A DNA stretch of 64,000 nt from Halanaerobiales bacterium (lineage in GTDB: Bacteria > Bacillota > Halanaerobiia > DY22613): positions 1,897 to 65,896 of the forward strand of contig DAOVRZ010000016.1 in the NCBI GenBank assembly GCA_030627905.1. Direction: 5' to 3'. The position numbers and the translations under genes are program-made. Positions 1 through 11,921 of this stretch are shown here, one piece after another; position 1 is the stretch's first letter; the number at the start of each line of letters is the position of its first letter. The notes under the pieces were generated by a model. That model ran no database searches. It was not told the DNA's origin and saw only the letters and a list, made by a program, of their open reading frames with translations.

Positions 1-1160
1 ATCTGTAAACCTTCAAGAATATGAGCTCTTGCTTCAGCTTTATCTAAATCAAATTGAGTTCTTCGAGTCACTACTTCTTTTTGATGGAGGATATATTGCT
101 GAAGTAACTCTTTTAAATTTAAAACTTTAGGTTCATTATTAACCAAAACTAAATTAATTACACCAAAAGTAACCTGTAATCGAGTATGTTTAAATAATTG
201 ATTTAAAATAACCTTAGGTACAACATCCTTTTTTAGTTCAATTACCATCCGCATACCTTCACGATCTGATTCATCTCGTAAATCAGTAATTCCATTAATC
301 TTACCTTCGCGAACCAATTCAGCAATCTTCTCAATCACTTTCGCTTTATTAACCTGATATGGGATTTCAGTAACAATAATTCTATGTTTACCGTTCCCCA
401 TTTCCTCAATATTTGTTTTAGCACGTACTTTTAATCGACCACGTCCGGTTTTGTAAGCTTGCTTAATCCGAGATCGACCCATAATCATTCCACCAGTTGG
501 AAAATCAGGTCCTGTAATCACTTGCATCAATTGACTAATGCTGGTATCAGGATTATCTATAAGCATGATCGTTCCATCTATAACTTCACCTATATTATGG
601 GGTGGAATGTTAGTTGCCATACCTACTGCTATACCTGAAGAACCATTAATCAATAAATTTGGTAATCTAGAAGGTAAAACAATTGGCTCTTCTAGAGATT
701 CATCAAAGTTAAGTCGAAAATCAACCGTATTTTTGTTGATATCTGATAGTAATTCCATTGTTATATGCGACATCCTTGCCTCTGTATAACGCATTGCAGC
801 TGCAGCATCGCCATCAATTGAACCAAAATTTCCATGTCCATCAATAAGTGGATAACGATAAGAAAAACTTTGAGCCATTCTAACCATTGTATCATATACA
901 GCAGTATCCCCATGTGGATGATACTTACCTAAAACTTCCCCGACGATTCTCGCAGATTTTTTGAATGATTTGTTAGGATACATTCCTAAGTCATACATTG
1001 CATATAAAATTCTACGATGTACAGGTTTCAAACCATCACGCACATCAGGTAACGCCCGACCAACAATTACGCTCATCGCATAATCTAAATATGCATTTTT
1101 CATCTGATCTTCTATATCCACCAGCTTAACATTGGAATCAAATAATTCTTCTTTAGCCAT
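1..1160 (-). CDS. gyrA: DNA gyrase subunit A, N-terminal ~386 codons (gene continues past the left edge)
   Basis: Reverse-strand ATG at 1160-1158 reads [55 protein letters not shown], the canonical GyrA N-terminus. The frame is open to position 1 and lies directly downstream of gyrB. Confidence 0.9.
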   Translation of the reverse strand, partial: MAKEELFDSNVKLVDIEDQMKNAYLDYAMSVIVGRALPDVRDGLKPVHRRILYAMYDLGMYPNKSFKKSARIVGEVLGKYHPHGDTAVYDTMVRMAQSFSYRYPLIDGHGNFGSIDGDAAAAMRYTEARMSHITMELLSDINKNTVDFRLNFDESLEEPIVLPSRLPNLLINGSSGIAVGMATNIPPHNIGEVIDGTIMLIDNPDTSISQLMQVITGPDFPTGGMIMGRSRIKQAYKTGRGRLKVRAKTNIEEMGNGKHRIIVTEIPYQVNKAKVIEKIAELVREGKINGITDLRDESDREGMRMVIELKKDVVPKVILNQLFKHTRLQVTFGVINLVLVNNEPKVLNLKELLQQYILHQKEVVTRRTQFDLDKAEARAHILEGLQ

Positions 1161-1260
1161 AGACTTTACCTGCCTTTCAAATTCTCTGTCACCTCCACCA
1201 ATAATATAGAGGGTTTTCCTTCTAAAAATATCTTTAAATAGCTAAGCTATTATAATTTTT

Positions 1261-3195
<1,935 letters not shown>

Positions 3196-3265
3196 TTAAA
3201 CTGATGAAACCGTGATATGATCACGGTTACTAAATAATCTGCTTCACAGCTTTTTAATAAAAAAA

Positions 3266-3520
3266 CTAAAAAATATTAACTCTTTTGGCCAGAGTACTAG
3301 AAGAGATTAATGATAGATAAATTGTTTCATTAGTAATTATAAAAGATTTTGGTGATCCATCTGAAATATCTCTAAAAGCATCATCTCTTATAAATCCTTC
3401 TTCATTAGCAACTTCCAAAAAATTTTTGGTGTCTTTTGATAATCTAGTAGTCGCATAATCAGCAATCATCACTACTTCTTTCGTTGGAATTAAAACACCA
3501 TTTCCGATATGTAAAAACAA
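3266..3520 (-). CDS. DUF370 / RemB-like small protein
   Basis: 84-aa ORF in the conserved recF-(DUF370)-gyrB position of Firmicutes. The N-terminus (FLHIGNGVLIP...VVMI) is typical of the family. Confidence 0.75.
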   Translation of the reverse strand: MFLHIGNGVLIPTKEVVMIADYATTRLSKDTKNFLEVANEEGFIRDDAFRDISDGSPKSFIITNETIYLSLISSSTLAKRVNIF

Positions 3521-3522
3521 AA

Positions 3523-4647
3523 TTATTCACTCTCCTTTTTTTCTATAACCTGACCATTTTGAATATAAAACAAATTATATTTACCCTGAATCTCCTGTAT
3601 AACATCTAAGTCTGTACTTGTAATAAAAGTTTGAATTCTATCACGTATAACTCCTAAAAGATGTTTCTTTCGGGATAAATCTAATTCTGAAAAAACATCA
3701 TCCAACAATAAAATAGGGTATTCACCCATCTCTGATTTCATAAACTCTAACTCCGCAATCTTTAAAGCTAGCGCAGTTGTTCTTTGTTGCCCCTGTGAAC
3801 CAAATTTTCGTATATTAATATTATTTACTAATAAATCAAGATCATCTCGTTGAGGGCCAACTAATGTAACCCCACGAAGAATTTCGTTTTCTTGTTCTTT
3901 GATTAACCTTGTTTCAAACATCTCCTGAATCTCTTCATGGGTCATTTCATTGGTAACCTTACCCAAAGTAGAATCATAACCAATAATTAAATTTTCTCTT
4001 CCACCTGTTATTTTACGATGTATTAACCTAGCCAAAATATCAAGTTTTCCAATCACTTCAAGTCGTTTTTTTATCAATCGACTTCCTAGGTCAACTAATT
4101 GCTGATTCCAAATAAAAAGTAAATCACGCTTGCTTTTATTTTTTCGAATTTCTTTCAGAAGAAGATTACGCTGTTGAAGAACTTGATTATATTTTTGTAA
4201 ATTATGATAATAATAAGGATTAACTTGTGAAATTTCCAAATTTAAAAAATGACGACGAAAAGATGGACTACCTTTTACCATCTGTAAATCTTCTGGTGAA
4301 AAGATTACAACATTGACATACCCCATCAAGTCACTAATTCGCTGAATGGGGTTATTATCAATTTTGATATCTTTTTTAGAACCATTAAAACCATAGCTAA
4401 TGCTCATTTCACGCTGTCGTTTTTTAATACTAGATTTAATAAAAAAATAATCTTTTTCCCAACTGATAATATCTTGACTTCTATTTGTACGATGAGAAGA
4501 ACCTGTTCCTAAAAGATAAATTGACTCTAAAATATTTGTTTTCCCCTGAGCATTAGAACCAATCATTAAGTTCAACGACGGGTTAAAAGACAAATCTACT
4601 TCAGCGATATTACGATAATTTTTTAAATATAATCTTTCTACATACAA
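3523..4647 (-). CDS. recF: DNA replication/repair protein RecF
   Basis: 374-aa ORF with Walker A GSNAQGKTNILE, an SMC-like signature (FGSQGQQRT) and Walker B LLLDDVFSELD. Synteny is dnaN-yaaA-recF. Confidence 0.95.
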   Translation of the reverse strand: MYVERLYLKNYRNIAEVDLSFNPSLNLMIGSNAQGKTNILESIYLLGTGSSHRTNRSQDIISWEKDYFFIKSSIKKRQREMSISYGFNGSKKDIKIDNNPIQRISDLMGYVNVVIFSPEDLQMVKGSPSFRRHFLNLEISQVNPYYYHNLQKYNQVLQQRNLLLKEIRKNKSKRDLLFIWNQQLVDLGSRLIKKRLEVIGKLDILARLIHRKITGGRENLIIGYDSTLGKVTNEMTHEEIQEMFETRLIKEQENEILRGVTLVGPQRDDLDLLVNNINIRKFGSQGQQRTTALALKIAELEFMKSEMGEYPILLLDDVFSELDLSRKKHLLGVIRDRIQTFITSTDLDVIQEIQGKYNLFYIQNGQVIEKKESE

Positions 4648-4662
4648 AATTAATCACCAACT

Positions 4663-4878
4663 TTAGTCCTGAGTAATTTTAAACTTCCCTTGCCCTTCTA
4701 CTTCTATTACGTCTCCAGGAACTAAATTTCGACCTCTTCTTATTTCTAATTCGCCATTAACCATAACAATTCCTTCACGAATTATTAGTTTTGCTTCTCC
4801 TCCAGATTGAACAATGTTAGCCCATTTCAAAAATTGATCTAATTTGATATTTTTAGTTGAAATACGAATTATATTCAT
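4663..4878 (-). CDS. yaaA: S4-domain RNA-binding protein YaaA
   Basis: Small ORF MNIIRISTKNIKLDQFLKW...GGEAK..I..G.V.VNGE, an S4-like fold, between dnaN and recF. The ORF-track start at 4893 is probably upstream of the real ATG at 4878. Confidence 0.85.
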   Translation of the reverse strand: MNIIRISTKNIKLDQFLKWANIVQSGGEAKLIIREGIVMVNGELEIRRGRNLVPGDVIEVEGQGKFKITQD

Positions 4879-4899
4879 AAAAAAATCCCTCACTTTTTT

Positions 4900-5014
4900 A
4901 TCTTTTGAGTTAAGACCCCCACTTATAGAAGTGGGGGGAATTGTTTTTAATCTTCAGTGGGGGTAGAATCCCCTACTGAAGCCCCGATGTTCAGCTTTAG
5001 CTGGACGAGTTCAC
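4900..5014 (-). repeat. Family-1 intergenic repeat (115 bp, triple hairpin), copy 1
   Basis: Near-identical by eye to 11761-11875, 14647-14761, 26235-26349 and 35359-35460. Starts 6 nt after the dnaN stop. Confidence 0.9.
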
Positions 5015-5020
5015 TTTTAC

Positions 5021-6127
5021 TTATGAACGAATTGGGCTAATTACATAGGTATATTTAACATCACTCATTGGACGTAAAATAAATGGGCTAAGTTTACCTC
5101 CAAAACATAGTTCTACTTCGTCACTATCAATTACTTTTAAACCATCCATAAGATAAGTTGCATTAAAAGAAACTTCTACATCAGGACCCTCCATTTGAAT
5201 TGGTAATTCTTCATGTGCATGACCAATTTCGGAGTTTGTTGATTCTAAAATCATTACTCCATTATTAATATTAGCTTTAATAATATTTGAATTAGATATA
5301 GCAATAAGAGAAACTCTTTTTCCAGCTTGAAGTAATTCTTTTCTATTTACTTTCGCAAATGTATTAGAGTTTTTTGGAATAACTGGTTCATAATTTGGGA
5401 ATTTACCCTCGATTAAACGAGAAATTATTATTATATTTTCCATTTCAAAAAGTATTTGATTCATACTCATTTGAATTTGAACTCTACTTTCAGGATCATC
5501 ATCTAAAAGTCTCGTCAATTCATCTAAGGTCTTATTTGGAAGAATAACTTCAATCAATTCAACGACTTCATTCTCTAGTTTAGCCATTCTATGTGCTAAA
5601 CGATATGTGTTGGTCGATACTACATTTAATTCATCTCCAATAATTTTTAATAAAGCTCCATTTAAAAATGGCTGAGTCTCGTCATTTGAAGTAGCAATCT
5701 TTACTTGTTCAAATGTTTTCTTCAACAACATTTGATTAACTGAAAGTTGCATTCCTTCTTCTATCTTAGGTAATAAAGGAAAATCATCTGCAAGGTATCC
5801 ATTAATATTATATCTCGATTTTCCACAAATTATTTCTGCAGACTTTGTACTTAAATTACAATTTACCTCTATATCTATAGATGGTAGCTCACGAATAATG
5901 CTAGAAAGATGATTAGCAGGTAAAACAATTTCTCCTTTGGTAATAATTTCTGCATTAATATAACATTCTATACCTATTTCTAAATCTGTTGCTACTAATT
6001 TTAATTGATTATTTTCAGTCTTAATTAAAATTCCAGACAAAATCGGTAAGGTATTTTTGTTAGAAACAGCTCTTTGTACAATTTGAATTCCTTGGAGAAA
6101 TGTTTTTTGTGATACATTAAATTTCAC
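5021..6127 (-). CDS. dnaN: DNA polymerase III beta sliding clamp
   Basis: ORF 5021-6157. The likely start is GTG at 6127 (VKFNVSQKTFL...), preceded by AAGGAGG with a 7-nt spacer. Three-domain clamp length; downstream of dnaA. Confidence 0.95.
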   Translation of the reverse strand: MKFNVSQKTFLQGIQIVQRAVSNKNTLPILSGILIKTENNQLKLVATDLEIGIECYINAEIITKGEIVLPANHLSSIIRELPSIDIEVNCNLSTKSAEIICGKSRYNINGYLADDFPLLPKIEEGMQLSVNQMLLKKTFEQVKIATSNDETQPFLNGALLKIIGDELNVVSTNTYRLAHRMAKLENEVVELIEVILPNKTLDELTRLLDDDPESRVQIQMSMNQILFEMENIIIISRLIEGKFPNYEPVIPKNSNTFAKVNRKELLQAGKRVSLIAISNSNIIKANINNGVMILESTNSEIGHAHEELPIQMEGPDVEVSFNATYLMDGLKVIDSDEVELCFGGKLSPFILRPMSDVKYTYVISPIRS

Positions 6128-6157
6128 TTTGATAACCTCCTTAAATATTTTTTCCAC

Positions 6158-6391
6158 AAGTAACTGTACAGGTCATATATAATTATTTTATTTAGTATAA
6201 TTAGTTGTAATAGCAGTAGAGGGTGTGAAAGATGGGGAAAAGTCTATAAGCTTATGTCAGTTATTGATTTGTAGGTGTGTATAATGTGTGAAAGAAGGGC
6301 ATGTACTTATCCACATATTCAGAACTTATAAAATGAACGAATTTTATACACAAACTGTACACAAGTTATGCCCCTTTTATTCACGTATAGT
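6158..6391. other. oriC, dnaA-dnaN spacer part (DnaA boxes plus AT-rich putative unwinding region)
   Basis: Perfect TTATCCACA at 6307-6315. One-mismatch boxes at 6276-6284 (TGTGTATAA) and 6344-6352 (TTATACACA). AT-rich stretch atataattattttatttagtataattag at about 6176-6205. Confidence 0.7.
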
Positions 6392-7753
6392 TTATCCATT
6401 TTGTATTTTTTCAATGATCTTATCTATAATATTTTTAAATGATCTGTCTTGTTCTAGTTTACCACTAATTTTATTATAAGCATGGATTACAGTAGTATGG
6501 TCTCGACCACCAAATTTTTCTCCAATCTGTGGTAAAGAAGAATCAGTTAATTCTCTGGAAATATACATTGCAATTTGACGTGGAAAAGCTATAGATTGAG
6601 TACGGGCTTTAGAAGTCATATCTTTAAGTTTGAGACCATAATACTCTGTGATAACTTCCTGGATTAACTTGATAGAGATTTCTCTTGGTTTTGCATTCGG
6701 AAGAATATCTTTAAGAGCTTCTCTAGCTAGTTCTTCAGTAATTTTTTTATTAATTAAGGAAGAATAAGCTACAACCCGAATCAAGGCACCTTCTAATTCA
6801 CGAATGTTTGATTTAATATGATGAGCAATATAAACAATAGCTTCATTTGGCACTTGTAAGTTTTCTATACTGGCTTTTTTCCGCAATATTGCAATTCTTG
6901 TTTCGAAATCAGGTTTTTGAATATCAGTGATTAATCCCCACTCAAATCGTGAACGCAATCTAGCCTCTAAAGTAGGGATTTCTTTAGGGGTCCGGTCACT
7001 TGACAGGATAATTTGCTTGTTTGCTTCATGTAGAGTGTTAAAGGTATGGAAGAATTCTTCTTGAGTTCGCTCTTTGCCAGCAACAAATTGAATATCATCC
7101 ACTAACAAGACATCAATACTACGATATTTATTCCTAAACTCTGCTGTTTTATCATCACGAATAGAATTGATTAATTCATTTGTGAAAGTTTCTGATGAAA
7201 TATAAACAACCTTGGTATTTGGTGAATGTTTTAATATATAATGCCCAATAGCCTGCATTATATGTGTTTTTCCTAAGCCAACATCACCGTAAATAAATAG
7301 CGGGTTATAAGCTTTGGCTGGAGCTTCTGAGACAGCTAAAGATGCAGCATGTGCAAATCTATTGTTATTTCCTACTACAAAAGTATCAAAAGTGTATTTA
7401 GGATTTAGAGAAGTAATTGGATTAGAAATTATTTGCTCTTCAGGTCTTTTTTTTGTAGAATTTTGCTTAAATTGTTCATTATCAGTAAGGTTTTCTTTAG
7501 AATTAGGTGTAACAAAAGAAATTTTAAAGTCTTCTTTTGTGATCTGATATAAAGTATCTTTGATTAATTCGACGTATCGAGATTCCAGCCATTCTCGGGA
7601 AAATTCATTTGGTACTTGAATGATAATTTGATTTTGGTCAATAGACACTATTTCAGTTAATTTGAACCAGGTATCAAAACTAGGTTTACTTAATTTAGAT
7701 TTGATAATTTTTAAGGCTTCATCCCAGATGAATGAATTTTTCTTCTTAGTCAT
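6392..7753 (-). CDS. dnaA: Chromosomal replication initiator DnaA
   Basis: ORF 6392-7792. The likely start is ATG at 7753 ([14 protein letters not shown]), preceded by GGGAGG. AAA+ Walker [10 protein letters not shown] and C-terminal box-binding domain ([12 protein letters not shown]). Confidence 0.97.
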   Translation of the reverse strand: MTKKKNSFIWDEALKIIKSKLSKPSFDTWFKLTEIVSIDQNQIIIQVPNEFSREWLESRYVELIKDTLYQITKEDFKISFVTPNSKENLTDNEQFKQNSTKKRPEEQIISNPITSLNPKYTFDTFVVGNNNRFAHAASLAVSEAPAKAYNPLFIYGDVGLGKTHIMQAIGHYILKHSPNTKVVYISSETFTNELINSIRDDKTAEFRNKYRSIDVLLVDDIQFVAGKERTQEEFFHTFNTLHEANKQIILSSDRTPKEIPTLEARLRSRFEWGLITDIQKPDFETRIAILRKKASIENLQVPNEAIVYIAHHIKSNIRELEGALIRVVAYSSLINKKITEELAREALKDILPNAKPREISIKLIQEVITEYYGLKLKDMTSKARTQSIAFPRQIAMYISRELTDSSLPQIGEKFGGRDHTTVIHAYNKISGKLEQDRSFKNIIDKIIEKIQNG

Positions 7754-7792
7754 AAATAATCCTCCCATATGGCTAATAAAATTTCTTTCCAC

Positions 7793-8210
7793 AATTTATT
7801 CACATTGTGTGGATAAATGAGTGTGTATAAGAACTATGCATCCCTTTTTAAATAGCAGAGGGGCTTGAATAGGAATTTTCATTAGTCAATTTACAAGATA
7901 TAAAGATAGACTACACATAATATCCACAAAAATAGAGTTGGAACAGATTTATTCACACCCTATTGATAAAATAAAGGCTTTTTGTGGATAAAGAAAAATT
8001 ATACACAAAAAACCCCTTCACCTATGAGTTATTCACACTTTATGCACATTATGTGGATAAAGTGTGAATTAGCGTTTGCTGAACCTTGTCGCTTCTAAAG
8101 ACAAATCACTTTAATCATATCAAACTATTCACAGATTATCAACAATTAATTTTAACTCGTCAACATTTTTTTCACAAAATAGACTAGCAATTATATCTGT
8201 TGATAACTTT
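7793..8210. other. oriC, dnaA-upstream DnaA-box cluster
   Basis: Perfect TGTGGATAA at 7808-7816, 7983-7991 and 8052-8060. One-mismatch boxes at 7796-7804, 7822-7830, 7920-7928, 7949-7957, 7999-8007, 8029-8037, 8040-8048, 8136-8144 and 8198-8206. Confidence 0.85.
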
Positions 8211-8230
8211 AAACTCCTTGAAGCTATGAC

Positions 8231-8260
8231 TTGACATAGTGTGTGAGTCTGCCATATAAT
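8231..8260 (+). promoter_or_regulatory. Sigma-A-type promoter upstream of rnpA
   Basis: TTGACA (8231-8236), 18-nt spacer, TATAAT (8255-8260). Confidence 0.55.
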
Positions 8261-8348
8261 TCTGATTAGACTCGAAAATGGTATATATTCGCTTGAAAGG
8301 AGGAAAGCTTAAGTTATTAACAGGTAAAATAAGGAGGATTCATTTTTT

Positions 8349-8699
8349 GTGAAGATTAAGAGCGCAAAGTTGAGGAAGAATCGTGAGTTTCAGCGAGTAT
8401 ATAAATTTGGGAAATCCTTTGCGAATAAAATACTTGTTGTTTATGTTTTTTATCATCCACAAAATTCTGAAAGAAGAGTTGGGTTTACAGTTAGTAAAAA
8501 GTTTGGTAATGCAGTGAAGAGAAACAGACTAAAACGATTAATGAAAGAGGCTTATCGACTGAATCAATATCAGATTCAGGATGGAATAGATTTAATTTTT
8601 CTTCCTAGACAAAGAATTATTGGAGCAAAATTCAAAGAGATTGAAAAAGGTATGACAAAGTTGTTTTCAAAAGCAGGAATTTTAAAGAAAGATAAATAA
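8349..8699 (+). CDS. rnpA: Ribonuclease P protein component
   Basis: 116-aa basic ORF with GTG start after AAGGAGGA. Contains the RNase P protein RNR motif (KKFGNAVKRNRLKRLMKEAYR). Followed by yidD-yidC. Confidence 0.93.
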   Translation: MKIKSAKLRKNREFQRVYKFGKSFANKILVVYVFYHPQNSERRVGFTVSKKFGNAVKRNRLKRLMKEAYRLNQYQIQDGIDLIFLPRQRIIGAKFKEIEKGMTKLFSKAGILKKDK

Positions 8700-8720
8700 C
8701 TATATCAAGAGGGAATTGTT

Positions 8721-8933
8721 ATGATTAAAAAGTTAATCATCTTAGTAATCAAATTTTATCAAAAATTTATATCTCCAATTAAACCAGGTAAATGTCGATT
8801 TTATCCAACTTGTTCTCAATATATGCTCCAGGCCGTTGAAAAATATGGTGCTTTTAAAGGTTTTGTTTTAGGAATGAAAAGAATATTGAAATGTCATCCT
8901 TTTCACCCAGGAGGATATGACCCATTAAAATAA
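8721..8933 (+). CDS. yidD: Membrane protein insertion efficiency factor YidD
   Basis: 70-aa ORF with the YidD signature (YQKFISP...[10 protein letters not shown]...HPGGYDP). Confidence 0.93.
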   Translation: MIKKLIILVIKFYQKFISPIKPGKCRFYPTCSQYMLQAVEKYGAFKGFVLGMKRILKCHPFHPGGYDPLK

Positions 8934-8955
8934 ACAATGTTGAGGAGGTTATATT

Positions 8956-9627
8956 TTGTTACAGTACTTTATTGTTGGTGTTAACCTAAACCCCGTAAGT
9001 TGGTTAGGTGGTTTAATGGCTGAGGCTTTAAAGATTTTATTTACCTTGACAAGTAATTGGGGTGTAGCAATTATTCTTTTTACTTTAATAGTGAAGTTGG
9101 CTCTTCATCCATTGAACAAAAAACAGATGAATTCTATGAAAGTTATGCAAGAACTTCAACCAGAGATTGAGAATTTAAAAAAGAAATATAAAGGTGATAA
9201 ACAGCAAGTTCAGGTTAAGATGATGGAACTTTATAAGGAGAAAGGTTATAATCCTGCAGCAGGTTGTTTACCTCTTTTAGTTCAATTACCTATTCTTTGG
9301 GCTTTATTTGGATCTATTCGAGGATTGGCAGAGTTGGAGCACGCTAAGTTTTTATGGTTAGATAGTCTTTCCAAAACAGGTGATCTGACTTTGATTATTT
9401 TAACAGCTATTGTTACCTTTGGACAATCATATTTACAGCAAAAACTTACTCCTAATTCTTCAAACCAAAATGCGATGATGTTATATATGATGCCTATTAT
9501 GATTATCTTTATTGGGAGGACACTCCCAGCAGGTCTTCTCCTTTATTGGTTTACCTCAACTTTGGTTATGACAGTTCAACAGTTTTTAATGTATAGAGAA
9601 CCAGGTTTAAAGGGGGATGCGAAATAA
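8956..9627 (+). CDS. yidC: Membrane protein insertase YidC/SpoIIIJ family
   Basis: 223-aa polytopic ORF with 60-kDa inner membrane insertase core motifs (NWGVAIILFTLIVKL, YKEKGYNPAAGCLPLLVQLPI). Confidence 0.9.
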   Translation: MLQYFIVGVNLNPVSWLGGLMAEALKILFTLTSNWGVAIILFTLIVKLALHPLNKKQMNSMKVMQELQPEIENLKKKYKGDKQQVQVKMMELYKEKGYNPAAGCLPLLVQLPILWALFGSIRGLAELEHAKFLWLDSLSKTGDLTLIILTAIVTFGQSYLQQKLTPNSSNQNAMMLYMMPIMIIFIGRTLPAGLLLYWFTSTLVMTVQQFLMYREPGLKGDAK

Positions 9628-10258
9628 AATGGCAAGTTCTCTGAGACAAAAAGGTAAGACCGTTGATTTTGCGATTGAAGAAGCTTTACGTATACTGGGT
9701 GTGACTAAAGATAAAGTTGATGTTACTGTTATTGATGAAGGAAAATCAGGATTTTTCGGTTTTTTTGGTTCTCGTGATGCTCTTGTGGAAGTGACAATTA
9801 AAGAGACAAAAGTTGATCGAGCTATTCAGTTTTTAGAAAATGTTATGAAGAAAATGGGAATGGAAGTTAAAGTAGAACTCGTTGGGGATTCAGAAGCGCA
9901 AGATCAGATAAAGTTAAATTTAGTGGGAGAAAATTTAGGAATTCTTATAGGTCATCGTGGGAATACTCTGGATTCTCTTCAATACCTTGCTTCATTGGTT
10001 GCTAATAAAGATGGTGAAAAATATGTCAGAATTGTTTTAGATGCTGAAGGATATCGTCAACGTAGAAAAGATACCTTATTTCAATTGGCACAAAGATTGG
10101 CTGAAAAAGCTAGAGCTACTAGAAGAAAAGTTGTATTGGAACCTATGCCTCCGCATGAAAGAAGAATTATTCATCTAGCTTTACAGGAAGAAAAAAATAT
10201 TAAGACATATAGTGAAGGGCGTGAGCCTTATCGTAAAGTAATTATTGTAGCTAACTAA
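9617..10258 (+). CDS. jag: Jag (SpoIIIJ-associated) KH/R3H RNA-binding protein
   Basis: N-terminal Jag_N (KGKTVDFAIEEALRILGV), KH and C-terminal R3H (EPMPPHERRIIHLAL). The start may be ATG at 9629. Confidence 0.9.
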   Translation: MRNKMASSLRQKGKTVDFAIEEALRILGVTKDKVDVTVIDEGKSGFFGFFGSRDALVEVTIKETKVDRAIQFLENVMKKMGMEVKVELVGDSEAQDQIKLNLVGENLGILIGHRGNTLDSLQYLASLVANKDGEKYVRIVLDAEGYRQRRKDTLFQLAQRLAEKARATRRKVVLEPMPPHERRIIHLALQEEKNIKTYSEGREPYRKVIIVAN

Positions 10259-10273
10259 ATAAAGATGTGCAGT

Positions 10274-10303
10274 AAACCCAGTAGGGCTAATCTCTGCTGG
10301 GTT
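10274..10303 (+). terminator. Hairpin downstream of jag
   Basis: aaacccag...ctgggttt stem. The T-tract is weak. Confidence 0.4.
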
Positions 10304-10384
10304 TCACTACTTTATATTACAAATTAATTATTTTCATAAATATTTTTAGGGATGGTTATCTTATAAAGTAAGGAGGGGAGAGAA

Positions 10385-11764
10385 ATGTACGTACGCGATA
10401 CTATTACTGCCATTTCCACTCCCATTGGAGAAGCTGGATTAGGCATTATTAGAGTTAGTGGAGATCAGGCAGTCGAGATTGTTGATAAGATTTTTAGAGG
10501 AAAAAAGAAACTCTCAGAGACTGGTACTTATCAAGCCAGATATGGAAATATTTTAGATTTAAAGACTGATAAAAAAATTGATGAAGTTGTTTGCCTTTTA
10601 ATGCGTTCTCCTCGTTCGTTTACAGGTGAAAATGTTGTTGAAGTAGGTTGTCATGGAGGAATTATACCTATAAGACGAATTACGAATGCAATTTTAGATG
10701 CTGGAGCTAGGCTTGCTGAGCCTGGCGAGTTTTCAAAAAGAGCTTTTTTGAATGGGCGAATTGACTTAACACAGGCTGAGGCGATTATTGAAATCATTAC
10801 TTCACACACTGAAACTGCGATGGATGTTGCTGTGAAACAATTAGAAGGTGGTCTTTCGAATAAAATCAGCAATCTTCGACAAAAATTAATCGGAGTTATG
10901 GCTCATTTGGAGGCCGCTTTGGATTTTCCTGAGGATGAGATTGAAGGTTTTTCAGAAATTGAGATCAGAAATCATTTGTCTGAAGTAATTGTTGAAGTTG
11001 AAAAGCTTTTAAAGACAGGGAAAACTGGGAAGATTTATCGTGAAGGGATCAAAACTATTATTGCAGGTAGACCAAATGTAGGTAAATCAAGTCTGTTGAA
11101 TGCTTTGTTACAAGAACAGCGGGCAATTGTTACAGATATTCCAGGTACAACTCGGGATGTCATTGAAGAAATGATTAATCTTGGAGGAGTTCCTTTAAAA
11201 CTAGTAGACACAGCTGGAATTCGTGAGACAGAAGATTTAATTGAACAAATGGGTGTGGAAAAAAGCAAAGAATTTTTGAATCGCGCAGATCTGGTATTAT
11301 TAGTTCTTGATGCTAGTAGTGGGTTAGATTCAGAAGATCGTCAGATTATTGAAATGGCACGGAATAAAAAAATGATTGTCGTTATTAATAAAACGGATTT
11401 AGAAACTCAATTTGACGAATCTGAATTGAGAGATTTATTACCTGCTAAAAGAATTGTAAAAACATCTATGGTTGAAGATATTGGTTTAGATCAATTGACT
11501 AATGCTATTATTGAGATGATTTTTGATGGTGAAGTTGTCTCTACTGATCAGACAATTATCACCAATCTTAGACACCAACGTGCTATTGAAGAATCATTAA
11601 CAAATCTTATGAGAGCAAAAGAAAGTTTAGAAGCGAATATGCCTTATGATTTTGTAACAATTGATCTAAAAACTGGTCTTGATTATCTTGGTCGGGTTAC
11701 AGGTGAGTCCCTCACAGAAGATATTATTGATCAAATTTTTGCTGAATTTTGTCTAGGTAAGTGA
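10385..11764 (+). CDS. mnmE: tRNA modification GTPase MnmE
   Basis: 459-aa ORF with G domain GRPNVGKSSLLN, DTAG, NKTD and the C-terminal FCLGK motif. Confidence 0.96.
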   Translation: MYVRDTITAISTPIGEAGLGIIRVSGDQAVEIVDKIFRGKKKLSETGTYQARYGNILDLKTDKKIDEVVCLLMRSPRSFTGENVVEVGCHGGIIPIRRITNAILDAGARLAEPGEFSKRAFLNGRIDLTQAEAIIEIITSHTETAMDVAVKQLEGGLSNKISNLRQKLIGVMAHLEAALDFPEDEIEGFSEIEIRNHLSEVIVEVEKLLKTGKTGKIYREGIKTIIAGRPNVGKSSLLNALLQEQRAIVTDIPGTTRDVIEEMINLGGVPLKLVDTAGIRETEDLIEQMGVEKSKEFLNRADLVLLVLDASSGLDSEDRQIIEMARNKKMIVVINKTDLETQFDESELRDLLPAKRIVKTSMVEDIGLDQLTNAIIEMIFDGEVVSTDQTIITNLRHQRAIEESLTNLMRAKESLEANMPYDFVTIDLKTGLDYLGRVTGESLTEDIIDQIFAEFCLGK

Positions 11765-11875
11765 ACTCGTTCAGCTAAAGCTGAACATCAGGGCTTCAGT
11801 GGAGGATTCTACCCCTACTGAAGATTAAAAACAATTTCTCCCACTTATAGAAGTGGGGGTCTTATCTAAAAAGAT
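11761..11875 (+). repeat. Family-1 intergenic repeat, copy 2
   Basis: Begins GTGAACTCG, so its first 4 nt overlap the last base of the Lys codon plus the mnmE TGA stop. See copy 1. Confidence 0.9.
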
Positions 11876-11921
11876 AAAAATTTATACAAGTGTGAATATA
11901 TCGGGGAAAGGATGTCTGAAA

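Noticed and set aside
538-789. 83-aa plus-strand ORF from the track
   Set aside because: It lies antisense inside gyrA and has low-complexity composition. The same reasoning applies to the other short antisense ORFs nested in well-supported genes: 1413-1682, 2019-2207, 6288-6479, 7314-7547, 10651-10872, 11035-11268, 13904-14104, 14252-14512, 15543-15737, 19460-19654, 20057-20380, 22715-23170, 23993-24190, 30459-30851, 30882-31100, 33881-34069, 35026-35211, 43069-43266, 43907-44098, 44780-44989, 44997-45245, 49343-49540, 52921-53115, 53985-54203, 54441-54680 and 55027-55257.
8278-8352. 24-codon ORF as a degenerate rpmH
   Set aside because: MVYIRLKGGKLKLLTGKIRRIHFL has no similarity to L34 (MKRT(Y/F)QP...R.K.GR..L), and the start lacks an SD at proper spacing.
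11853-11921. GTG start of mnmG as given by the ORF track
   Set aside because: The first ~23 codons ([11 protein letters not shown]...) are read out of the family-1 repeat element (the aagtGGGGGtcttatc hairpin). MnmG proteins begin a few residues before the YDVIVIGGGHAG motif, so a downstream TTG or GTG start is more plausible.
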